A DNA stretch of 64,000 bases, from contig CBDAOC010000020.1 of the NCBI GenBank assembly GCA_965197925.1, positions 928,001 through 992,000 on the forward strand. Direction: 5' to 3'. The notes beneath the pieces are model-generated. The model was not told where the DNA came from, searched no databases, and worked only from the letters and a program-made list of their open reading frames with translations. Below, piece by piece: positions 1 to 10,140 of this stretch. The position numbers were made by a program, and so were the translations under genes. The first letter of the stretch is position 1. Each line of letters starts with the position of its first letter. The stretch comes from Nitrososphaerales archaeon. Its GTDB lineage: Archaea > Thermoproteota > Nitrososphaeria > Nitrososphaerales > UBA213.

Positions 1-238
1 AATCAAAGGAAACAATCATTATAGCTATTTACTTCGGTTAGTTATTTAATATTTCACAAAACGAACTATTTCATCAACAATGTTTATTTACGTAATTGTT
101 TTCCTTGCAGTCAACCTGTAAGAGCATATATCTCCAAACGATATCATCATTCTTAACAATCAAAATCAAGTAGAAGAAAGTATTTTGCCATTTCCCTGAA
201 TTGCCTAGGGTTCAAATTCTCTCTATCTCACCAACTTA

Positions 239-910
239 GAGCCTATCCTAAAATTCTATCTGATTGTTAACGATTGGTAGAAATGATAACATTTAGAATG
301 CAAGAATATTAGTTCAAACTGTCGGGTTTAGTTTTCTTACTATTGATTTTATTAGTATTGTAGATAGTAGATACTAGAAACAGTTGCATTAACGTGTTTA
401 TGACACTACCAATATATCGCTCTGTACACTATTAGGCAGTTAGCAAATTCTACTAGCGCCTGATAATTTTCCTCTCTCTTCTCGAACCTTACCAATAACT
501 TTCTGAACCTGTTATGCCAAGATGCGGTTCTTTCTACAACCCATCTCTTTGCTTTGTACAAATTCTTTTTCAACACTTCACCCTTATGACGAATGTGATC
601 CACGTATCCCCTTCCTAACTCTATACTCTATCTCAGGGAAATCATATCCTATTCATGCATATGTTCTGTTTAACTTGGGCCTATCAACAACAATGCTATC
701 TATTGTAGGAAAGGCTGATTTCATATCGTGTTTATTTGCTCCAGTAATTACAGATGAGAGAGGAATACTTCTTCTATCAACCAGCATGTGACGTTTGGTA
801 CCTAGCTTGCCTCTATCCGTTGGGTTTGCTCGGCCGTTTTCCCCCTAATGGGGCCTTCGGTACGCTATCCATGGATTGCCAGTCCCATCCTATACCCTTC
901 AATTCATCAT
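239..910 (-). mobile_element. IS5-family element, 3' half only; its 5' part is missing beyond the IS inserted at 911
   Basis: ORF 406..603 carries the IS5 C-terminal motif RWVVERTASWHNRFRKL. The sequence is the near reverse complement of parts of 31002-32569. Right terminal inverted repeat GAGCCTATCCTAAAATT starts at 239. Confidence 0.9.
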
Positions 911-1790
911 CAACTCATCTCAAAACTAACCATTTAGACAATTTTTAGTGACCATTTAGATCCATGAATAGCGACATCTAAAATTATTTTATGAAATTCC
1001 AAGAATTATCAGACAAACAGTGGAGTATGATAGAATCACACATACCACCACATGCAAAAACTGGCAGGCCTAGGGATGATGATAGAAAAATCATTAACGG
1101 AATAATCCATGTTCTAACTACTGGATGCCGATGGGACGATATGCCAAAAAGATATGGTGATGATTCTACTGCAAACAGAAGGTTAAACAAATGGCAACAA
1201 AAAGGAATCTGGAAAAAGATTCTATCACGTACTATTCACTCAGCACATAAATCTGGCAAAATTAATCTGCAAAAAATATCAGTTGACTCTTCATCCATTC
1301 CTAATAAAAAAGGGGCGATGTAACTGGATATAATGGATTCAAGAGAATAACAGGTACAAAAATACATGCCGCAGTAGAGAGTAACGGATTTCCAATATCC
1401 ATACTGTTGAGTCCAGCAAATGAACATGACAGTACAAAATGCATGGATGTTACAGGATCAATTTCAGACTATCTTGATGATGATTCAATACAACAGATAG
1501 AACCAGTTTATGCAGACAAAATGATGCAAAATACATCAGAATGTATTTGTGGTTGTGGGATAGAAATATTGCATGTTGCATCCCATACAAAATAAATTCC
1601 AAGTTCATCTTGCAAAATAATGATTGCAAACATTACAGCAAGACAAGATTTGTAGTTGAGAGATTCCTTGCATGGCTCAAGAATGGATTTCACAGAACAA
1701 GAACCAGGTATGAAAGAACGGCAGAAAACTACCTGGCATTTGTTAATCCTGCATCATTTTTGATGTATTGTAGGGTTTTGAGATGAGTTG
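911..1790 (+). mobile_element. IS5-family element, copy A1; orfA/orfB with A6G slippery site, orfB frameshifted (defective)
   Basis: 16-bp terminal inverted repeats CAACTCATCTCAAAAC. orfA 991..1323 ends at AAAAAAGGGG. orfB is broken at the ADKGYD motif. Flanks CAT/TAT are not a matching target duplication. Confidence 0.95.
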
Positions 1791-2083
1791 TATATCATAA
1801 AAATAAGATCGCCATATAAAAATTTAGTATATTAATGGAATCTTCCTAAACCGGCAAGATGTATGTGTAACCTATAAGAGAGGGTAAAGTTTTGCACTAG
1901 CAACATCGAACAATTATAAAATTACTAGCAAGTTTGGTTGTAGCATTTGTGGAATTACATTCATTGGCAACAATAACTTTTACATTAAAGTCTGTGGAGG
2001 ATTTCTACTTGGTCATTTTAAGATCATATTAGCCATTCTCAAGAATGCTTATTAGTTGAAACACCATTCAACAAACAACACTC

Positions 2084-2692
2084 ATGAGTGATCATTATAG
2101 TGAGAAAGCTTTTGCAGGGGATCCATCTCAGCCCAAGAGAACACGTAGTGTGAGTTTTAGAATAGATTCGTCAGTTATTGATGAAATACAACGTGAGGCA
2201 GATGGCAAGGAGGTATCTCTTAACGTATTGGTGAACCAAGTTCTAAAGCGATATTCAGATTGGGACATATATGAAAACAAACTAGGCATAATTCCTGTAC
2301 CCAAGGTAATGTTGTCATCATTGATGGAATCAGCGATAACATTAGCTGAAAAGAGTAGAATTAAAGATATTGGTCCATACAGAGACGATATCGTGAAGCA
2401 GGCTGCTGAGTTACCATTCAATGTCATGAAGGATTCAGTATTATATATGAAGAAAGATTTCAACCTCTGGACAGTGCTGCAAGTCCTGCAGGATTACATG
2501 AAGGTATCGGGGATAAATGCTGACCACATGATAGATGGGAAGAAACACATCTTCGTAATAAAACATGAATTGGGCAAAAACTGGTCTCTATTCACAGAAG
2601 AGTTATTGAAAATCATCTTCGAAAGATTGGCCACAGTCAAAATCGAAATCAGTAGTACTACGAATACTACAAGGGCTGAAGTAGTTCTTTAG
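2084..2692 (+). CDS. Hypothetical protein with N-terminal ribbon-helix-helix-like DNA-binding motif
   Basis: 202-aa ORF; RSVSFRIDSSVIDEIQREA...SLNVLVNQVL fits the RHH pattern. Confidence 0.7.
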   Translation: MSDHYSEKAFAGDPSQPKRTRSVSFRIDSSVIDEIQREADGKEVSLNVLVNQVLKRYSDWDIYENKLGIIPVPKVMLSSLMESAITLAEKSRIKDIGPYRDDIVKQAAELPFNVMKDSVLYMKKDFNLWTVLQVLQDYMKVSGINADHMIDGKKHIFVIKHELGKNWSLFTEELLKIIFERLATVKIEISSTTNTTRAEVVL

Positions 2693-2724
2693 GTAATACT
2701 ATATTTTCTGAACGTTGAGAGGAT

Positions 2725-3132
2725 TCAAATAAAGTGAATAAGTAGAGCCTTTATCTTTCCTTTCTTTGAGTCAAAGGCCTCGATAGTATTAGAATTGGAA
2801 ACAGAATCAATTTCAAATGTAAATCTTCCTTTCAATTTGTCTCCTTTTTCAAATGTGGCCAATGCAGTAATTGGGCTCGAATATCCATTTTTTCCCCTCT
2901 CGATGACAATACTCTGTGTTAGACTGTCACTAGCCATCATCACAACCGTAAGAAAAGACTCGATGGCTGGTTTGCCCCTTATGTCATCAATCTTACTGAA
3001 TGGCTCGTAAATAACGGCATCATCCTTAAACAGATCTAACAGATTATGAATATTCTTCTCCTTAACCAGTCTAAAATACTCATAGATTAGGTCTACTCCT
3101 CTCACTCCATCTCCATCCTTTGGTTCATTCAT
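2725..3132 (-). CDS. NTF2/SnoaL-like domain protein
   Basis: 135 aa; LLDLFKDDAVIYEP...IRGKPAIESF is typical of the SnoaL-like fold. Confidence 0.8.
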   Translation of the reverse strand: MNEPKDGDGVRGVDLIYEYFRLVKEKNIHNLLDLFKDDAVIYEPFSKIDDIRGKPAIESFLTVVMMASDSLTQSIVIERGKNGYSSPITALATFEKGDKLKGRFTFEIDSVSNSNTIEAFDSKKGKIKALLIHFI

Positions 3133-3279
3133 GAATTATCATATCTTCTCCTACATTATTAATGAATTACTTCAGTAATTATTTTAGATAAATTGTATGG
3201 ATGCAGTGTCTTGCAAAGAATGCATTTACATGTGAATATACATTTTGAAGACCCGCTTCCTAAATAATGTGGAGAGACT

Positions 3280-3741
3280 ATGTGGAATATGGATTCTATG
3301 TTGTCAGAATTGATGTATGAAGTTCAGGTATCATCATGTGCTCAAACAACAGCACTAGAGTATGAAGGTGATCAACAAATACAAGGAATTGTAAATTCTA
3401 TAAGGCAACGCGATCTGCTGAAGGCCTTGGGAGATGATTGCGCAAGACCAGTACTATTGACAATAATAAATGAATCCAAATCGGCCATGGAAATATCCAG
3501 AGAGATATGTTTCCTTATCAGTACTGTATATAGAAAGATTCATTGGTTAGAAAAAGCTAATTTGGTGAAGCAAAAGGGTTTCGTGATATCAGGCGATGGC
3601 AAGAAGTACCGCCGTTATCAGAGTAGGATCAACACCGTACAAGTGTCACTCACAAATAACAAGATTAATGTAGATTTTAAAATCAATTATGATATTAAAA
3701 GAGATATCCCAACAAAATCACTACAAGAAATTATAACATAG
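3280..3741 (+). CDS. ArsR-like winged-helix transcriptional regulator (start uncertain)
   Basis: LLKALGD...KSAMEISRE...ISTVYRKIHWLEKANLV...GKKYRRY winged-HTH signature. Confidence 0.8.
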   Translation: MWNMDSMLSELMYEVQVSSCAQTTALEYEGDQQIQGIVNSIRQRDLLKALGDDCARPVLLTIINESKSAMEISREICFLISTVYRKIHWLEKANLVKQKGFVISGDGKKYRRYQSRINTVQVSLTNNKINVDFKINYDIKRDIPTKSLQEIIT

Positions 3742-3905
3742 TCTTGTTTCAGTGGAGAGAATTCTTACTCATTTTTTATTTCTTTTTTTAATATTTAGTT
3801 GTTGTTTCATTTATTCATTATTAATCGAAGATCTTGATAAGGGATTCTACAATTGAAGAATTCCAATTTGGCGGTTAACATAAATGAGGGGGATTAAGAT
3901 ACAGC

Positions 3906-4397
3906 ATGACAAAATCCCCGGGTAAAAACAAGATCTGTGCATTCTCTAACATCTTGGTTCCATTGGATGGTTCCGATAATGCATACAAGGCTCTACGGTA
4001 CGCAGTTCAATTAGCAATTACCAATAATGCAAATTTAACACTTCTACACGTTGTCGAGGAACCTCGTTATATCATACCTGAAGGAGAAAGTTATGCCGTA
4101 CCAAAGAGGATAGTCGATTATGGTGAGAATGTTTTAAGTATCGGCAAGGATCTTGTTGGAAAATCAAATGTAAAAACTAAATTACAATTATTAAAAGGAA
4201 ATCCAGCAGAACGGATCTTCCAATATTCAAACAAAGGTAACTTTGATCTTATAGTTATGGAGACTAGAGGATTGAGTAGAATGAAGTCAATGGTATTTGG
4301 AAGTGTGTCTGACAAGTTGGTACACTTTTCCAAATGCCATATAATGTTGATCAGACCTGATACAAGGATTGAGCCTGGCAGGCGGTACCTGTTTTAA
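3906..4397 (+). CDS. Universal stress protein (UspA family)
   Basis: NILVPLDGS...LLHVV...GNPAERI...DLIVM..RG...FGSVSDKLV motifs. Confidence 0.9.
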   Translation: MTKSPGKNKICAFSNILVPLDGSDNAYKALRYAVQLAITNNANLTLLHVVEEPRYIIPEGESYAVPKRIVDYGENVLSIGKDLVGKSNVKTKLQLLKGNPAERIFQYSNKGNFDLIVMETRGLSRMKSMVFGSVSDKLVHFSKCHIMLIRPDTRIEPGRRYLF

Positions 4398-4544
4398 TCC
4401 TCGTCCATACCATAATATAATAACTTGATTATGATTAAATTTTATGTGTGCATTGCCAACGACGGTATACCTAGGCTTGGCACTTTACTGCCGCGTAGAC
4501 CTTGGTCTTACTGCTCCCCATTTGATTATACCTACGTACCTATT

Positions 4545-5418
4545 CAACTCATCTCAAAACCCTACAATACATCAAAAATGATGCAGGATTAACAAATGCC
4601 AGGTAGTTTTCTGCCGTTCTTTCATACCTGGTTCTTGTTCTGTGAAATCCATTCTTGAGCCATGCAAGGAATCTCTCAACTACAAATCTTGTCTTGCTGT
4701 AATGTTTGCAATCATTATTTTGCAAGATGAACTTGGGATTTATTTTGTATGGGATGCAACATGCAATATTTCTATCCCACAAATACATTCTGATGTATTT
4801 TGCATCATTTTGTCTGCATAAACTGATTCTATCTGTTGTATTGAATCATCATCAAGATAGTCTGAAATTGATCCTGTAACATCCATGCATTTTGTACTGT
4901 CATGTTCATTTGCTGGACTCAACAGTATGGATATTGGAAATCCGTTACTCTCTACTGCGGCATGTATTTTTGTACCTGTTATTCTCTTGAATCCATTATA
5001 TCCAGTTACATCGCCCCTTTTTTATTAGGAATGGATGAAGAGTCAACTGATATTTTTTGCAGATTAATTTTGCCAGATTTATGTGCTGAGTGAATAGTAC
5101 GTGATAGAATCTTTTTCCAGATTCCTTTTTGTTGCCATTTGTTTAACCTTCTGTTTGCAGTAGAATCATCACCATATCTTTTTGGCATATCGTCCCATCG
5201 GCATCCAGTAGTTAGAACATGGATTATTCCGTTAATGATTTTTCTATCATCATCCCTAGGCCTGCCAGTTTTTGCATGTGGTGGTATGTGTGATTCTATC
5301 ATACTCCACTGTTTGTCTGATAATTCTTGGAATTTCATAAAATAATTTTAGATGTCGCTATTCATGGATCTAAATGGTCACTAAAAATTGTCTAAATGGT
5401 TAGTTTTGAGATGAGTTG
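4545..5418 (-). mobile_element. IS5-family element, copy A2 (defective), inverted relative to A1
   Basis: Near-identical to 911-1790, same terminal repeats, 3-bp target duplication ATT on both sides. Confidence 0.95.
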
Positions 5419-5842
5419 ATTGGGGAGTTTTAAGATGACTTCTAAATTGGAGCATCTTTTATCATTGTCGCATCACCTCAAAATTGATGATCATATGCAA
5501 GGACTTCGTCAAATATTTAAACTATTATCGACATGGATTAAAGCCTGTTGCATTACATGATTCTGATAGATTCCATACTTGTGGGGATGGTCTGACTGGA
5601 CGCTTTGATAATAGCAGCTGGAGAAGGTAAAGTAGAGAATGACATAGAAGCGAATGTAAGATCTAGAATTATTCCAGAGGACTAGCCCAAATAAGGTATG
5701 AAAAAAAGAAAAAAGTTTGTTTTATGTTTTGCAACTAATTGGAAGCTTCGCAGCCCAATGGTATCTCACCATTCTGGCAGGTTTGATATATCGTGACTCT
5801 CATGCATAACAGCGTATGGCATGTAACACAATGATCTAATGG

Positions 5843-5914
5843 TGCAATTCGATATGCAATGTCGATATACAATGGGCTAAAACCCATGGTTTCTATAGAG
5901 CCAATTCAGATTAA
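5843..5914. repeat. Copy 1 of a ~60-bp imperfect direct repeat containing hairpin ATGGG-CTAAAA-CCCAT (copy 2 at 7116-7173)
   Basis: TCGATATACAATGGGCTAAAACC(C/T)ATGGTTT...AGAGCC occurs twice, 1260 bp apart. Confidence 0.75.
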
Positions 5915-5954
5915 AAACATATTAATATTACACTGGGAAAAACACGGAACATAT

Positions 5955-6878
5955 ATGGGTAATCCATTTAAGAAATTTAGAAGAGACGGTGAACCAGAGG
6001 AGGCGGTCCGTGAGAGACCTAGACATAGCAGACCCAGGTCACCTGAGAGCAAAACGAAGCTTGGACTTGGGATAGTGACGGCAATAATCATTTTGGTAAT
6101 AGTCTCACAGTCCGTAGTAATCGTTGAGGCAGGTCATCGTGGAGTGGTTTTATATTTTGGTGCCGTTGAAGATAGAGTACTTCCTGAAGGCTTCTCCTTC
6201 ATAGCTCCGTTTGTGGAACAGGTTGTACAAATGGAAGTTAGGACCCTAAAGTATGAGGCGGATGCGAGCTCGTCTTCCAGCGACCTCCAAGTAGTATCTA
6301 CTGCAGTTGCTTTGAATTTTCATGTAGATCCCGCGGTAGTTCATACAATTTATCAGGAACTTGGAGAAGATTATGCTGCTAGATTAATTGCACCCACCAT
6401 ACAGGAATCTGTAAAGGGGAGCACTGCAAAGTTCGTAGCCGAAGAATTGATCACTAAAAGAGAGGAAGCAAAGGCAAGGATTGGTGATACAATCAGTGAA
6501 ACATTGATCACGAGAGGCTTTATCGTAGAACAGGTCTTCATAACTGACTTCCAATTTTCAGCTGATTTCGCTAGATCAATTGAGCTGAAGGTGGTAGCGC
6601 AACAGGAAGCAGAGAGAGAGAGAAATGTCCTAGAGAGGGTGCGAGTGCAGGCAGAATCAAGAGAAGCCGAGGCCATTGGTAACGCGAACGCAAACATAGC
6701 ACAGGCAAAAGGTGAAGCTGAAGCAATATTGATAATACAAGAACAACTCAGAGAAAGCCCCGATTATCTAAAGTGGCAGGCGATAAACAAATGGAATGGA
6801 AAATTGCCAATAGCGATGGGAGGAGGAGGAGCAATGCCATTCATCGATATCACTACCTTAGCTACTCAGCCCGAATAA
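5955..6878 (+). CDS. SPFH/band-7 (prohibitin-like) membrane protein
   Basis: N-terminal TM helix, VEAGHRGVVLYFGAV, SSDLQVV, AEELITKR, coiled-coil C-terminus ending WNGKLP. Start placed at ATG 5955. Confidence 0.9.
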   Translation: MGNPFKKFRRDGEPEEAVRERPRHSRPRSPESKTKLGLGIVTAIIILVIVSQSVVIVEAGHRGVVLYFGAVEDRVLPEGFSFIAPFVEQVVQMEVRTLKYEADASSSSSDLQVVSTAVALNFHVDPAVVHTIYQELGEDYAARLIAPTIQESVKGSTAKFVAEELITKREEAKARIGDTISETLITRGFIVEQVFITDFQFSADFARSIELKVVAQQEAERERNVLERVRVQAESREAEAIGNANANIAQAKGEAEAILIIQEQLRESPDYLKWQAINKWNGKLPIAMGGGGAMPFIDITTLATQPE

Positions 6879-6884
6879 TTGATT

Positions 6885-7113
6885 GAGGCTTGGGCGTAAT
6901 TAAGTAGCTCGAACCGATAAGATCATGTTTCTGTTTTTATTGTTGATATGTTTAATTCAGACTCCATACCTCGTATATTATTCTTGATTGGCGTGATTCC
7001 TTGGCCAAATCCTAATAGGAAAAGAGGTAGATCATTCTACCATTCACCAACAATGATTTACAGAGTTTTGGTTGGCCTCTGAATTTATAGAAGGTATTAA
7101 ACAGATTGACCTC
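6885..7113 (+). mobile_element. Left-end remnant of the GAGGC-ended DDE IS found in full at 26509 and 56924
   Basis: Begins GAGGCTTGGGCGTAATT and follows the 56924 element for about 170 bp. Right boundary approximate. Confidence 0.75.
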
Positions 7114-7609
7114 ACTGCAATTCGATATACAATGGGCTAAAACCTATGGTTTTTGCAGAGCCGATTAGATTAATACCTTAATTGTTTCGATATGACCCGA
7201 ATCTTTACAACATATCACATGGCCCTAAGATTTGACAGAGCCATAAAACACAACGGTTCAAGAATGCTGAAGAATACTTAAAATCCCTAGATGAAGATTA
7301 GTGGAAAGTGCCATACAACAAAATCCTGTAGTTTTCAAACGCTTATCCGAGATATAATTGGCCGAGTTCACTAACGATATTCTTCTCCTACATGAGAAAG
7401 TAATGGAGTCCTTTTCCGATTATATTAATAACAAATCATATAATTAATTCATCTAACGAACTTTTACACCAGATTAACTACGCGTGTCAAACACAGGCTT
7501 GACAGAGACTTTAAAGAACATATACTAGGGCTTTATTTCATAGAAATTTCCTTAATCTGGAACAAACGAGCCGGTTTTGGGGGGTACAAGTACTCATGTG
7601 CGTTTTTAT

Positions 7610-7906
7610 ATGCTAGAGAAGTTTGATCCATTAATATGGCATTCCCCTACCAGAGCAAGGCAAAGGTATGTTCCACATAAAACTCTGCGTGAAGGATGGA
7701 CTTACGTGCCTGTTCCTGATGATGATATGGTAATAGGCATTAGAGTTGCCGTAACTAAAGTTATGAAAGTTTTAAATCCTGACGATACGCCTGTTGTGGA
7801 TAGTGCGGGTAATCCCTCATACTTCATGCAATCAGTAAATATTGTTAAAATTTTAACAGATACTGAATTCGACATCGTGAAGAAAATGGAATTGGGCGGT
7901 GAATAG
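7610..7906 (+). CDS. Hypothetical protein, first gene of a three-gene unit (start uncertain)
   Basis: Open frame with protein-like composition; its stop overlaps the GTG start of the next ORF. Confidence 0.55.
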   Translation: MLEKFDPLIWHSPTRARQRYVPHKTLREGWTYVPVPDDDMVIGIRVAVTKVMKVLNPDDTPVVDSAGNPSYFMQSVNIVKILTDTEFDIVKKMELGGE

Positions 7907-8006
7907 AGATATGGATGCTTATAGAGATTCATTCCAGAAACCTTTGATCCGGGATAGAACAGTCTTAACAGTGAATAGAGATATGGATGCTTATAGAGAT
8001 TCATTC
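7899..8006. repeat. Two identical 36-bp direct repeats separated by a 36-bp unique segment
   Basis: GTGAATAGAGATATGGATGCTTATAGAGATTCATTC at 7899-7934 and 7971-8006. Confidence 0.9.
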
Positions 8007-8534
8007 AATGAACTACCTAAATCTATCATGCATGACATAAATGTGAATCGTAACTTTGAATTTGTAGATGGGAAACAACCTAATCGAGCAATAAAAATAC
8101 CAGCCAGAAAGAAAAGAGGAAAGGCCATAGAGTGGACTACATTGGAGCAGGAATTACATGAATTCGATCCTACAATAGTGGTTCTAAATGTATGGAATGT
8201 TAATAAATCAATACGCGTGGGAATAACGCCTGCTATATTTTCGACGTCAGAAGAAGAGAGGGAGATTTCTGAATTAGAATATACTATAATGGGATTAATC
8301 AAAAATGGTTCCATCACGGAGGATAATGCCGTAGATATGTTTACACAGGAACAAATATTCAATGACAAATTTGAGGAATTGAAGATGAAACATGCAGATA
8401 AGGAAATAATAGTGTGTGGCAATGAGATATTTTTAGGTGATAGTTTTGAGGAGGCTCTCGAAAAAGCTCGTAGTAAACATCAGAACAGACTCTTCTACTC
8501 TTACAGTCCTACTAAAGAACCAATAACATTTTGA
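7899..8534 (+). CDS. Hypothetical protein with C-terminal DUF5678-like domain
   Basis: C-terminus FEELKMKHADKEIIVCGNEIFLGDSFEEALEKARSKH resembles DUF5678; it is followed by a retropepsin-like gene, the usual partner. Confidence 0.65.
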   Translation: MNRDMDAYRDSFQKPLIRDRTVLTVNRDMDAYRDSFNELPKSIMHDINVNRNFEFVDGKQPNRAIKIPARKKRGKAIEWTTLEQELHEFDPTIVVLNVWNVNKSIRVGITPAIFSTSEEEREISELEYTIMGLIKNGSITEDNAVDMFTQEQIFNDKFEELKMKHADKEIIVCGNEIFLGDSFEEALEKARSKHQNRLFYSYSPTKEPITF

Positions 8535-8541
8535 GGGGTTT

Positions 8542-8915
8542 GTGTTGCAGCTGTCATCGCGTGGAGATATGTTCTTTGCAGGGCTAACTATTGTGGGAAA
8601 CAAAAACCGGGATATCGATGTATTAGTAGATACGGGTGCAAGTGAAACCCTGGTTGATAATGACACATGCATTGATTTAGGACTGACTTTGGACGGGTTT
8701 AGGGAACGATCATGTATTCATGGAGATAGTAAACCGTGTCCCTTGTACAAGGGGTGATAGAGATAGCTGGCATCCGTAAAGATGACACTCGAATTTGTGG
8801 TTTGACCTTGGAATTAGGTGGTGAACGCGTGGAGGGAATTCTGGGCAGAGACATGATGAAGGACTTTAAGTTAACAATTGATTGGCGAAACTGTGTTGGT
8901 CAACTTGCTGATTGA
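8542..8915 (+). pseudogene. Retropepsin-like (clan AA) aspartyl protease, frameshifted in a G4 run at 8751-8754
   Basis: Catalytic LVDTGAS in the first frame; the GILGRD motif continues in the -1 frame to TGA at 8913-8915. One extra G restores a full ORF. Confidence 0.8.
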
Positions 8916-9035
8916 TTTGCCTACCGATAGAATGAATTTTCTCTTATGATTAGTAAACCCCGACACTCGTCAGAATAAGATCGCTACACCTTTAGTCCTT
9001 CTTGTTTTAGTACCAAAGATGATCTTTTCAACTAC

Positions 9036-9365
9036 GTGGATTGTACGGAAGAATTTGCAGTAATATCCATCTTTGCAGGGTTGACGGGAAGCGGTGATGC
9101 CAGTCTCGCTGTCTCAATTGGAGGCGTGGATATTGGTAGCCCAATTGATCTGGAAGTTGATGGTTACAAGGAATTAGTTGGAGAGGCTGGAATGCCTGGA
9201 AGAGCTCTTATTTCAATAGCAGACGATGACGTGGTGATAACTGCTGCTGAAACAGCTGCTGATGATGGCAATGACGAAGAGGTAACCGTAACGGCTCGGG
9301 TAATGGTGTCAAAAGGTGGAAGCTGCACGTTTGAAAATACTACACCGCCTGCAACAAACGGATAA
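9036..9365 (+). CDS. Acidic hypothetical protein, probably the C-terminal remnant of a secreted protein
   Basis: 109-aa ORF followed by a T-run; no clear start or family. Confidence 0.35.
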   Translation: MDCTEEFAVISIFAGLTGSGDASLAVSIGGVDIGSPIDLEVDGYKELVGEAGMPGRALISIADDDVVITAAETAADDGNDEEVTVTARVMVSKGGSCTFENTTPPATNG

Positions 9366-9429
9366 ACTAGCTATTTTTTTTTACAACTTGGTCTGAACTT
9401 AGTCAGGAGGGATTATTTATTTGGAGACA

Positions 9430-10140
9430 CTGATGACGGCACATTGTTTGGGAGGATCGATGACGATGTATTGGATAGCAGTTTTGGTTTAGACTTACTA
9501 ATTGAAGGTGATAGGGATGATTCATTGTATGGCGGGGTGGTATATTCGTCGAGACGATCAGTGGTGGCGCTAGAGATGATTCAATAGATGACGGGGGTGG
9601 TGATGGCATTGTTGATGGAGCCGGAGATGACGTTATCTAGGACGCTCTAGGTAATGATAGTATCGATGGTGGAGATGGTGATGACAGGCTTGAAGGGGAT
9701 GTTGGTAATGATATCGGGGATCGGGGAATGATACCGCCAAGGGTAGAAGTGGGGATGATGAAATTGACGGAGGAGACAGGCTTGAAGGGGATGTTGGTAA
9801 TGACACTTTTATCGGGGATCGGGGAATGATACATGACACTTTTATCGGGGATCGGGGAATGCAAGGGTAGAAGTGGGGATGATGAAATTGACGGAGGAGG
9901 TGATGACAGGCTTGAAGGGGATGTTGGTAATGACACTTTTATCGGGGATCGGGGAATGATACCGCCAAGGGTAGAAGTGGGGATGATGAAATTGACGGAG
10001 GAGATGGTGATGACTTGATGGTGTAGTGATATTGATACATTAAGTGGAGGAAATGACAATGATTTTCTTAATGGCGTGGCTGGAAGATACTCTAGACGGA
10101 GGTGATGGTAGTGATATACTTTTTGGATCTTTTGATACTG
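9430..10140 (+). pseudogene. Decayed RTX/hemolysin-type Ca2+-binding repeat protein
   Basis: GGxGxDxL-type nonamers (IDGGDGDDRLEGDVGND, LSGGNDNDFL) in shifting frames with stops; GACAGGCTTGAAGGGGATGTTGGTAATGA occurs three times. Boundaries approximate. Confidence 0.75.

Noticed and set aside
911..5418. Composite transposon that inserted as one unit
   Set aside because: A2 has its own ATT duplication on both sides and the outer flanks (CAT/ATT) do not match.
7190..7410. Possible antitoxin/Doc-toxin remnant
   Set aside because: Only short, weak resemblance (…VFKRLSEI*, …DILLLHEKVME); not supportable.
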